Shown: in pieces, positions 35,590 to 46,250 of the stretch
Layout of the letters: each line of letters opens with the position of its first letter
How positions within the stretch are numbered: position 1 is the first letter of the stretch
From: Octopus bimaculoides
Lineage: Eukaryota
Reading direction: 5' to 3'
Assembly: GCF_001194135.2 (NCBI RefSeq)
Contig: NC_068984.1
Span: forward strand, 60,551,011-60,597,260
Length of the DNA: 46,250 nucleotides
Notes under the pieces: model-generated
The model's database searches: none
What the model was told of the DNA's origin: nothing
The model's input: the letters and a program-made list of their open reading frames with translations, nothing else
Made by a program: the position numbers and the translations under genes

Positions 35590-36054
35590 GTGTAGAAGTG
35601 TGATGTGTGGGATCCTTGACACCAAACAGTTCATACCTAAGAGAAGCAGGAGGCAGGGCAGTAAATCACATGAAATCATTGGTATTCAGCGGAAATCACG
35701 AAATTGAAAATGGCTCTAGATTATTAAGGATAGAAGTGGATTCACGCTACATTAACAAACAGATTTATAATGTTTGAAGATTAGGACTTGATCCATGAGG
35801 ATGAAAGATAGAGACTCTAGAGAGTAAAGGCTGAATTGAAATAAATTATGCATGGTATGCCATCTTGATTATGAGAAAAGCTTGTTAATAGAAGTGAGGA
35901 GGGTAACGCTAGTAGAAACTGAGGGAATAGTATTTATTACCACATAGTTAGAATGGATATATATATTACCAGCTGAGACATTTATATGTATCTTACTTTC
36001 CAATGTTGTGTGGTATAAGTTATGCCAATATTTCTCAGCGTCAGACAACTTCAT
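35590..36054 (-). mobile_element. Old CR1/L2-like LINE relic (region C-terminal to RT)
   Basis: Minus-strand LYHTTLESKI...INTIPSV...QFSLYSLES..MDQVLIFK...TALP echoes the CR1/L2 motifs LY..V...LEY, I..LE.VQR, L.SLE.RR...DL...FK and WN.LP. Confidence 0.5.
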
Positions 36055-36169
36055 GGAGAAAAATATATTTGTAGGTGGTTTTTAATACTTAAAGTTTCAG
36101 GCCAACCATTGTCAGACAAATATGTAACTGAAGCATTGTTTTATAGCTGGATACCTTTCCTGTCACTGA

Positions 36170-36295
36170 ACCGCACCTATATATGTATCTATGTGTGTGT
36201 GTGTATAAATATGTGTGTGTGTATATATATATATGCATATATGTGTTTATGCATGTATATAGATATGTGTGTTTATATATTATATGTGCATATGA

Positions 36296-36331
<36 letters not shown>

Positions 36332-36341
36332 NNNNNNNNNN

Positions 36342-36381
<40 letters not shown>

Positions 36382-36797
36382 AGAGAGAAACAAAAAAAAT
36401 GCACACTACATATAAAAGCAAAGGCTTTTTTGTTTTTATAAAATCAAAGATTTATACATGCAAATAAATGATTTGAGGAGGAATTAAGAAGTATAAAAAT
36501 TATTGAAACCTGTTTCTATTATACACACACGCACACACATGTATGTATGTATATGTGTGTGCATATGTGAATGTATTAGTGTGTATTTGTCTTAATATTT
36601 TACATGAGATTCACATTACTGTTTCTTAGAAATGAGAAAACTGCTCTCCATTGCTTAGATACCTGCTTTTGAATGCCAAAGCATTCACAACTTCTTGGTA
36701 TGTGTTATGCTCATTTCTGCCAAACTTTAAGTAATGTACCTCTGAGTCAAATAGTTAATACAGGTGGTTATAAATTCTATGAACATGATTTATATAT

Positions 36798-36848
<51 letters not shown>

Positions 36849-37248
36849 GTAGAGAAATAGAGAGTAATACAAGCATTTTGAGAATATATTGCAATAATTT
36901 ATTCAATACACACATACACAGATATTTATGTATATATATATATATATATGTGTGTGCGTGTATGTATGTACGTTTACTACTAGTAGTAGTAGTAGTAGCA
37001 GCAGCTGTAGCAGTAGTAATGGTAGTAGCTGTGCATGTTCGAATGACAGTAGTAGTGGTGGTATAAAATCTTATGTTACTTCTTTATATTGTTCTGTACT
37101 GTTATCTAACTGCTTAACTTCAAGAAATCTTCTCAGTGCACCTGCTGAATTTGATTTCAGAAACAACCATAATATGCATGCCTAAACATACACATATACA
37201 TTGCTTACTGTTACGACACACACACACTTATATATATTTATATATATA

Positions 37249-37285
<37 letters not shown>

Positions 37286-37301
37286 GTTATACACAGAGAT
37301 T

Positions 37302-37365
<64 letters not shown>

Positions 37366-37420
37366 AACACTTATTCATTTATACATATACTACATATATA
37401 TGTATATGTGCATCTGTGTA
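36170..37420. repeat. Clustered (TA)n/(TG)n/(GA)n/(CA)n/(TAG)n microsatellites
   Basis: Direct inspection; unique sequence lies between the tracts. Confidence 0.85.
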
Positions 37421-39653
37421 TAATATCAGTAACCTAAACCATTCAGATATGCATTCTATCCTTCATGATTCTATAATTTACACAATCTAATATATAGAGA
37501 AGGAAATATCCTGGTGATGCTGACATATCAGTCATTCATCTCCTCCAACTATAATGATGCTTGCTTCTCCATTTGACATTTTTAAGGGCAAAGGAAAAAA
37601 GAAGATGATTTATTTTTAAATTTCATTTTATGTTTCACAAAGCTATTGCGAACAGAAAGAAAAATTGGGGGGAAAAAAAGCAAACAAACATGAAGGTAAA
37701 AGAAAGGAAAAAAAAAGTTTTCATGAGAAATCAAATTTGCAGGCAAAAATATAATAAATAAATATATAAAATGTTTACATCAAACTCTGAGAAAGGAAAA
37801 AAAAAGAAAATTTAATATGTGTCTCGTTTCATAGATTTCTTCTGATTTTGGTGATTTATTTCTACTATGTCTATCAGAATATCTGAAGAAATTAAATGGT
37901 AGGGGGAAAAAATAAACAATCAGCTATAAGTAACAATGTCATATATATACATATATGTATGCATGTGTGTATATATAGATATATGTGCGCATTTATGTAT
38001 ATGAATATATATATGAGTATGAATAAGTATATATACATATACAACCACATTTATTTTCACCACATGAAGTTTTATAGGTAAAAGATTTTTATTGGCATAT
38101 TTACTCAAAATTTAGGGATACTAACTCTAAATGTTAATAATAAAGTTGGGTGTTTTTTGCTGCTATTTTAACTTTCTCTCCCCACCTTTTTCTTTTGGGG
38201 TGGTGATGGTGGTTGATATTTATTTTCCATATCTCACTTGCTTTTCTCTCCACCCTGTATCGGTCTACATATCTTTCTCTGTCTCTCTGTGCATGCCTCT
38301 CTCTCTTGTTGAGTATGTTTATTCTCAGTAACGAAACAGCGAAACTGTTAGATATATTTTTCATCATTTTAACACTTGAGTATATTCTTCCTGTTTTCCA
38401 AATAAATTTTTCTAGCAAATTTGCCAACTAAAATTTTCATGTGCTTCTTGCTTATTTATTCTTTAATATAGATTTTCTTTTTTTCCTTATTTTATTTTTA
38501 AAAAAAAATCTTCACTGCAACCATTTTAATAATTACTGAGAAGCAACGGAGATGATGAAAGCAAAGATTTGAGTAAAGATTCCAACACTTAGCTGCCAAA
38601 TAAAATCCTGCTTATCTTCAAATTTGTAGTATTACATAGAATTGGTAAAAAAATAAAAAAGAAATAAGTGTTTTATAAATTTTTCTGTGATATTTTTGTT
38701 CTTTATTTTTTGCAATGAAGGGAGTGGAGGGTTGTGGTGGCAATGATAGGGGTAACATTTTCTTTCATTTCAATTTAACAATTTAACGTTAACATAGATA
38801 GCTTTCATATACTTCAAGAATACCTATGCATATTACATTCATAAATACATGCACATGTACATTTCTGTATATTTATATGCATATCAATTCAGTCTCATTC
38901 ACTATATATGTGTACATGCAAGCATTCATTAATTCATTCATGCATACATATATACATAAATATATACATGTATACAAATATGGTCACTCCCACATACATG
39001 CATATATGAAGATTTGTTGATATTTCCTGTCAACAAACTGTGCTTACTCTGTTCTTTCGAATTCCTCTGGAATACAATATCCTTTACTTAAAAAAACAGA
39101 TAATGTTTGGTGAGAGGAAGAGCATCCAATCAAAAAATCCTGCTTCACTTGTTTTGCACAGAAAATCAAATGTTGAATGAAATGAGCAAACATTTGAATA
39201 TAAATATAATCTTTATGTGTATGGGTATGCATGTATATATATAATCCTTATTACTGTTTATATATATATCTTGTTCAAATATATATATATATATCGTCGT
39301 TGTCGTCATCATCATCATCATCATTTTATATCAGTTTCTTTCATGCTTGCAAGAGTCGGACAGGTGTCATCTCCTATGCAGCATTTGAACTCCAAGCATG
39401 AAGAATTGTAACAAATGTCCCGAGGCATTTTGTCTACTGTTGTAATAATTCTGCCAATTCCATATTTTTAACATTTGCATAAGACCACTAATCTGTAAGA
39501 CAAGCCCCTCCCACCCCACCCAATTCTTGACCAGTGTTTATTTCATGGCTCTCCAAAAAGGGTCAAAAGCAGAATTGGTTTGGACAGGGTTTGAGCTCAG
39601 AATATAAAGAGATATAAAGCAAAGCATTATTTTGTTTGATTTTGTATAATAAT

Positions 39654-40096
39654 CCTATCTACTGAAAGCAGAAGGCTTGAAATTTGGTGGGGTGGGGCTA
39701 ATCAATTACATCGACCCCAGTGTTGAACTAGTTCTTATTTTATCGACCCCGAAAGGATAAAAGGCAAAGTCAACCTTAATGGAATTTGAACTCAAAATGC
39801 AAGGACAGATAAAAGACAGCTAAGCATTTTGTCTGGTGTACCAATGATTCTGCCATCTCATTGCTTTTAATGTTGTATAATAATCATTTCTACTCTAGGC
39901 ACAAGGCCAGAAATTTTTGGGGAGGAGGCCAGTTGATTAAATCAACCCCAGTATGCAACTGGTACTTAATTTATTGACCCCGAAAGGATGAAAGGCAAAG
40001 TTAACTTCAACTGAATTTGAACACAGAATGTAAAGACAGACAAAATACCACCAAGCATTTTGCCTGGCAGGCTAACGTCTCTGCCAGCTCACTGCC
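39654..40096 (-). mobile_element. Two head-to-tail family D SINEs
   Basis: Antisense bodies at about 39654-39866 and 39885-40096, bracketed by three copies of ttgtataataat. Confidence 0.88.
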
Positions 40097-41280
40097 TTAA
40101 TGTTGTATAATAATGAGTTGGTAATGGTAGAACTGTAGTGAAGAATGGAGTCCTTGGAAACATCAACATGTCTCTGTTATCTGATCTGAGTTATTTTTGT
40201 TGCCAGGTAACTATATAGCAGCTATATAAAACCCAAATACTGTATAATTTGCGGAAGAACTTAGTATGTAGAGATGTATTTAATCTTTGAAAAAAAAAAA
40301 ATAATAATAATATTTATATACTTAAACCATGTTTACTTTTGTTGTGGCATAATATTTAGACTATAATCCTGAGTGTTTTCAGCAAGTTTACATACACATG
40401 CTCTCTCTCTGTCTCTCTGTCTGTCTGTCTCTCTCTCTCTCACACACACACATGCCCACAAACATGCATGTACATGAGTTCATATGTGTGTGTGGTGTGT
40501 GTGTGTGTATGTGTGTATGTATGTATGTATGTATGTATGTATGTATGTATGTATTCTAATCATATAAATATGTTTTAAGCATTAAGGATGCTGTCACATA
40601 CTGATGCATATATGGCAACTGTCTTTATTGGAATCTTGTATATGTCACTAGCAAGCATTAATAACAACGACAACCTTTGCTCAAAAGACTATCTCTTACA
40701 GATCACTGACTGCTGTCATTTGTAATCAATGAAACATTTACATAATATGTTTGCTCTTGAACTGTTTTCTAGCAGAAATTTATTTCTTTATCAAGACATT
40801 GTTCTCATGTGGCTAAAATTCCAAACATTTGCATTCTACATATTTAGTCCTTTATCTACTCTGAAATAAATCAAAATGCTGTTTTGTATTAACATGATTT
40901 ATTACAGATATTAGAAATCAGTCTTGTAAGGACCCAAGAGAAGAACTCTCATGTCTGGCTAATCGAAAAATTAAAAAAAAAAAAATGGAAAAAAAAAATG
41001 GAATATTAACTTTATTGCAACTTTACAACATAATAGTTTGTGCACTAATCTTTCTGCAGTCCATCTTTGTATCCTGTAAAGAGACAGGAAGCTTAACACA
41101 CGTCTCAAAACAGCATAAAAAAATAAATCCAATATCAGTTCAGTTCACTTCATTTTAATTTGTAGTCTGTATAGAAATACATATTTGTATTGAAGCACAT
41201 ACAAATTGGTGACCTTATGATGCCAATGTTATATTAGTATTTAATGGTTTACTGAAGTACTAACTGTCAAAGCATATCAA

Positions 41281-41474
41281 ATAATCCTTTCTGTTATAGG
41301 TAAAAGAACTCAAATTTTGTGTGCATGTATGTGGAATGGTGGTGGTTAGTCAATTACATCAACCCCAGTATTTGATTGGTACTTGTTTCAGCGACCCCAA
41401 AAAGAGGAAAGGTAAAGTTGACCATGATGGAATTTGAACTCGGAATGTAAAGATGGACAAAATGTTGCTGCCTT
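41281..41474 (-). mobile_element. SINE family D
   Basis: ataatcctttctgttatagg...attacatcaaccccagta...aaagttgacc...ggaatttgaactc. Confidence 0.75.
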
Positions 41475-41789
41475 AATGCATGTGAAATAATAAGCATAGT
41501 GTATAATAATACAGATAAATTAACATTTATAATTAAAATAATTTACTAAAAAGAAGTAATCAGTATAGAAACGTGAATGGAGAAATGTGAAAAGAATTGT
41601 CTTACTCAAGGATACAGCATGTCGTCTTATCCAGAAATTGAACACATGATCTTGTGATCATGGGCCAAATTCTTATAGTGGTAACATCACACTGAACAGC
41701 TTATAGTTTTTTGTTGTTGCTATCTGAATTAAAACTGAGGGCTTTAACCAAGCAAAAGCTCTGGTAAATCTCCTCTGTCAATAGGGGTC

Positions 41790-41990
41790 ATAACAATGAC
41801 TAATCCCTTGAAGAGTTTAGTGAAACAAACTGACTCCAGTACTTATTTTTTAAGTCTGGTACTTGGTTCATCAGTCACTTTTGGTGAACTGCTAAGTTAT
41901 AGTTATGTAAACAAGACAACACCAGTTGTCAAGTGGTGGTGGGGGACAGATGCATGCACACACACATACACATGCACACAACAGGCTCCT
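41790..41990 (-). mobile_element. SINE family B right half, diverged
   Basis: tgactccagtacttatt...gaactgctaagtta...caccagttgtcaagtggtggtgggggaca. Confidence 0.7.
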
Positions 41991-42117
41991 CAACTTGTTC
42001 TCTTTGTCAAAAGGTTTGCAAGGCACCCGTAGGCCTTAAGAGATACATGCGTATCCATAGAACATGATTACTGCTTTATTTTACAGAACCCTTATTTGTC
42101 ATTCCTGATGAGAGAAT

Positions 42118-42149
<32 letters not shown>

Positions 42150-42826
42150 NNNNNNNNNNNNNNNNNNNNNNNNNNNNNNNNNNNNNNNNNNNNNNNNNNN
42201 NNNNNNNNNNNNNNNNNNNNNNNNNNNNNNNNNNNNNNNNNNNNNNNNNNNNNNNNNNNNNNNNNNNNNNNNNNNNNNNNNNNNNNNNNNNNNNNNNNNN
42301 NNNNNNNNNNNNNNNNNNNNNNNNNNNNNNNNNNNNNNNNNNNNNNNNNNNNNNNNNNNNNNNNNNNNNNNNNNNNNNNNNNNNNNNNNNNNNNNNNNNN
42401 NNNNNNNNNNNNNNNNNNNNNNNNNNNNNNNNNNNNNNNNNNNNNNNNNNNNNNNNNNNNNNNNNNNNNNNNNNNNNNNNNNNNNNNNNNNNNNNNNNNN
42501 NNNNNNNNNNNNNNNNNNNNNNNNNNNNNNNNNNNNNNNNNNNNNNNNNNNNNNNNNNNNNNNNNNNNNNNNNNNNNNNNNNNNNNNNNNNNNNNNNNNN
42601 NNNNNNNNNNNNNNNNATATATATATATATATATAATGTATATATATACATATATACATTATGTATATACATACATACACATATATATATATATTATGTA
42701 TATACATGCATAAATATATATGTATCATCATCATCATTTAACATCTGTTGTCCATGCCGGCATGGTTTTGACAGCTTGACCTGGGCTGACAAGATGGAAG
42801 ACTGTATTTATTTATATACATATATA

Positions 42827-43093
42827 CAGTAATCCCTTGCCACATCGTGGTTTATCTATCATGCACTCAGTAAATCCTAGTTCACCTACCATACACTCAG
42901 TACGTCGCGGTTCACCTATCATGCACTCAGTACATCACAGATTTTTCTGGCAAATATATGTAAATTTATATCACAGACTCCTCAGTATATTACAGGTTTC
43001 TGTGGCTGATAGGTATTTATATTTCTTTTAGACTTTAATTATTTCTGTGGGAGATTTTGGAACATAACACCTGCAATAGCTGCAGGATTACTG
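42827..43093. mobile_element. Tigger/pogo-like MITE with internal 30-bp tandem repeats
   Basis: TA|cagtaatccct ... ggattactg|TG termini; three about 30-bp units ending in tgcactcagta. Confidence 0.7.
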
Positions 43094-43280
43094 TGCATAT
43101 ATATATCTCTCTCTCTATATATATATACATATACACATGTAAGAGGGATGACCTATATATGCATATATATAAGGGAGCACCTTTATATACATATATATAA
43201 AGGTACTCAACCCTTCTCCTTTATCCATGTGTTCAACGAGGTCTTTTCTCCCTCTACTTTGAAGAGAAGTTGTAGGCCAC

Positions 43281-43357
43281 CAGCCATTAGGGTCTGAAGA
43301 GATGCTGTAAAGCTAAGCGTTTTATGGACATGAAACCCTAGGTAAGCCCATAGACTG
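43281..43357 (+). ncRNA. Type I hammerhead ribozyme motif (putative)
   Basis: CTGAAGA 43294-43300; 12-bp stem II 43302-43331; GAAA 43332-43335; near-palindromic stem III ACCCTAGGT; GTA triplet 43342-43344; partial stem I 43281-43293 / 43345-43357. Confidence 0.6.
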
Positions 43358-43603
43358 ACCATTACTATCTTTAGCTAATTACTTATATATATAGTTCATG
43401 TTTACAGAAAACAAAAGATGAAGACAGGTGAAAGAACAACAAGCAGGTGTATTAGTTTAATGGTTGGGAAGAATGAATCCTATGCCCTTTGACAGAAAGG
43501 ATTGAGAAAAAAAAAATGGAGAGAAAATGGGGGAAAAAAATGGAGAGAAAATGGGGGAAAAAAATGGAGAGAGAAAAAATGTGTAGGGATTAATGGTTCA
43601 ACA

Positions 43604-43870
43604 TAATTCTTTTATTCTTTTACTTGTTTCAGTTATTTGACTGTGACCACGCTTGGACACTGCCTTAAATATATATATATATATTCATATTCTCATGCCC
43701 TATATTTCTTCTGCTTAGTTTCTGTCTGTCTGTCTAATTCTACCACAAAGCATTGATCAACTTATGGCTATAGTAGAAGACAGTTGCCCAAGATACTGCA
43801 CAGTGAGATTGAATCTGCAATCACATAGCTAGCCACAAAGCAAACTTCTTAATCATGTACCTATTCCTGT
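43604..43870 (-). mobile_element. SINE family B, internally deleted and diverged
   Basis: attctttattcttttacttgtttcag...gctatagtagaagacagttgcccaag...aaacttcttaatc. Confidence 0.7.
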
Positions 43871-45131
43871 GTCTGAGTGATTTTTGTTTGATTTTATTGA
43901 TTGAATTTGGAGCAAAGCTAATTGATAAAACCATAATCTATCTTGAATGTCTCCATCATTAAGTGGAGATTTACACATGGACTTTCCAAAATAGGATATT
44001 AAAAGCACTTCTTGTTTGATTCCCTTTTTTTATTTTATTGACTTGTTGAAATCACATGCTAAGTCTTCGAACTTCAGAACTTATTGCATAAAATTAGTAA
44101 ATATCGATGAACACATAGTATCAAATTAGTCTAACCATTACGGTTAACTTCTGGTTTCTGTTTGAATTGATCAGTGATTTGCTATAAGTTCTTTTCATGG
44201 ACAAAAGGATGAGGTATGCATATGCAGTGGTGGTGGCAGTGGCTGCTGCTGTTGTTGTTGTTGTTAGTTCTCTGTTGAGTTCTCAATGAACTGTTATACA
44301 TGTCAGGAAAATTCTCTTTTATTTTCTGCTGTGCAAAGAGAATACCAAGATATATTTACATCTGTTTGAAGTTTCACAGTGAATTTTTGTTTTTCAGATG
44401 TTTTCTGTCTTAACTAGATTAAAATGTATCTTAGGTTTCTAAAACACACTGTGTTGCACATAGATATTTAGAAGTAATAACAAGAGAGAGAGAGAGAGAG
44501 ATAGTGAAGGTCGATTTGTTAATTGAATTAACTTCAGTATATCATTGGTACTTATTTAAGCAAACTTTAGTGCATCAATTCAAACACTGTTAGAATTCAA
44601 ACTCCAGACATATATTAGAGTGAAGTTAACACCCTTCTAACTTCTAAATACTGATTCAATGTGACTTAGCAAAAGAATCATGATAAGGTTTATAGAAGAT
44701 GGAAAAATGGGATATTTTAACAGTCCTAAATATTTCACAGTAGCATTCCTAAATCTTTAGCGAATATTTTTGACTGATGTAAAATAAGTGTAAAGTTTCC
44801 ATCCAGATGATGAAGTTGGTTCTCCCTCCAGAAATTGAATTATTTACTATACAATCCTGCTTGTCAATTAGAAACTAAATTAATTTCAATGCTATCTGTA
44901 ATCAGTTTGACTGATGACTGTGTTAAAACTTAGATCTAAGACAAAAATTAAAATTTTTCAGAGATACAGAAAAGGTTAGATAAAATAAGTTAAAACTGTT
45001 CCAAAGTACAGGTAAGATGAAATAAAGCATAGCTTGAAATTGTATCGATATAGGTAAGATTAGTTAAAACAGAGATAGAAAACTCTCAACAACACTTCCA
45101 GTGGTCTGTTTTCTATAGCACAATATTAGGT

Positions 45132-45470
45132 GATGAGATTTGCTTAGAGAAGCTGTTAAAATTTCCATTACATATAACCTATTTCTTATTTGAGGCCAGA
45201 AGGTGGATCAAATAACTGGAGTTAACTTTGCCCTGGAAAGAAAGAATGAAGGAAGCACATGAGAAGGAGAGGGCAAAATACTAAGAGTTGGTGGAGGAGT
45301 ATTGTAAGAGTGGGTGAAAAACCAGGCGTTTGTCAGTAGAAGTAAGCAGTCAAGGATATGAAGGTCATTACCAGACCTACAGAAGACAGAATGTTGCAGA
45401 AATGAGTAGAAGAGCAAACAAAAATGAAGTAAAAACTACTCAGAGAGAATCTAGATTAGTGATTCACAAT
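45132..45470 (+). mobile_element. Relic of an RLE-type non-LTR retrotransposon (HERO-like) endonuclease and C-terminus
   Basis: LEKLLKFPLHI / LRPE / LELTLPWKERMKEAHEKERAKY*ELVEEYCKSG*KTRRLSVEVSSQGY ... RRANKNEVKTTQRESRLVI matches the PD-(D/E)xK RLE signature L.FP..I....RPD...ELTVPWE....EA.ERK..KY..L....GW.....VEVG.RG. Confidence 0.75.
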
Positions 45471-45611
45471 CTTTATTTACCTAAGGACACCACAGTTGAT
45501 TTTTATTTTATTCTCTTGGATACCCAATACCAGCTGAAGTACCCTAGGGAAATAAACTGGAGACAGTGTTCTTGTATGTGTGTGTGTGTGTGTGTCTGTG
45601 TGTAAGTTGGC

Positions 45612-45780
45612 AAGATGGCTGAATTGTTAGCACACCAGACCAGACCAGACCAGACAAAATGCCTAGCAGCATTTCATCCATCTTATATTCTGAGTTCAGA
45701 TTCTGCTAAAGTCAACTTTGCCTTTCATCATTTTGGGGCATCAATAAAATTACTAACAGATGAGAACTGGGATTGAAAGT
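45612..45780 (+). mobile_element. SINE family D, diverged
   Basis: atggctgaattgttagcacacc...ttctgagttcagattctgctaaagtcaactttgcctttcatc. Confidence 0.7.
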
Positions 45781-45807
45781 GTTGCCTTTGTGTTGCCTAT
45801 GTGAGAA

Positions 45808-45942
45808 GCTTGCTTACAAACCACATGGTTCTGGGTTCAGTCCCACTGCACAGCAACTCGGGCAAGTGTCTTCAACTATAGCCTCGGGTAGACCAAAGCC
45901 CTGTGAGTGGATTTGGTAGACAGAAACTGAAAGAAGCCCGTC

Positions 45943-45984
<42 letters not shown>

Positions 45985-46213
45985 GTATATATATGCATGT
46001 GTATGTGTGTGTATGTGTATCTGTGTTTGTCCCCCAACATCCTTTGACAACCGATGCTGGTGTGTTTACGCCCCCGTACCATAGCGGTCCGGCAAAAGAG
46101 ACTGATAGAATAAGTACTAGGCTTACAAAGAATGAGTTCTGGGGTCAATTTGCTTGACTAAAGGCGGTGTTGTAGCATGGCTGCAGTAAGATGACTGAAA
46201 CGAATAAAAGAAT

Positions 46214-46215
<2 letters not shown>
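45808..46215 (+). mobile_element. SINE family B, near full length, with internal (TA)n/(TG)n
   Basis: agaagcttgcttacaaaccacatggttctgggttcagtcccactg...gaaagaagcccgtcg(ta)n...gactgaaacgaataaaagaata. Confidence 0.9.

Positions 46216-46250
<35 letters not shown>

Noticed and set aside
9745-42737. ORFs of 90-230 aa containing X runs
   Set aside because: They are open only because they cross N-gaps.

Overview
AT-rich, repeat-saturated eukaryotic DNA from a draft assembly with nine N-gaps. The SINE repertoire and very high microsatellite density point to an octopus (coleoid cephalopod) genome; this is inference from pattern recognition, not a database hit. I find no confident host protein-coding exon, tRNA or rRNA gene, so the window is most likely intronic or intergenic. 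Nearly all ORF-track entries read through microsatellites, SINEs or gaps. Supported content: (1) a full-length decayed mariner (22738-23950, perfect 27-bp TIRs, TA TSD) and an internally deleted DD37D/maT-type Tc1/mariner (about 13119-14071); (2) three MITEs (mariner-, piggyBac- and Tigger-like); (3) LINE relics: a Dong/R4-like 3' end in a TAA tract, a HERO-like restriction-like endonuclease, a CR1/L2-like RT C-terminus and a possible Penelope GIY-YIG; (4) dozens of SINE copies in about five modular families, labelled A, B, C, D and H here as working names; (5) two long fold-back inverted repeats. The most interesting signal is a type I hammerhead ribozyme motif with an intact core at 43281-43357. 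At least four sequence-unrelated, decayed hammerhead-like relics share its design (GAAA, palindromic stem III, NUH triplet), mostly in short elements beside (TA)n tracts. This suggests several Penelope pseudo-LTR or retrozyme-like families. Ribozyme activity is untested.
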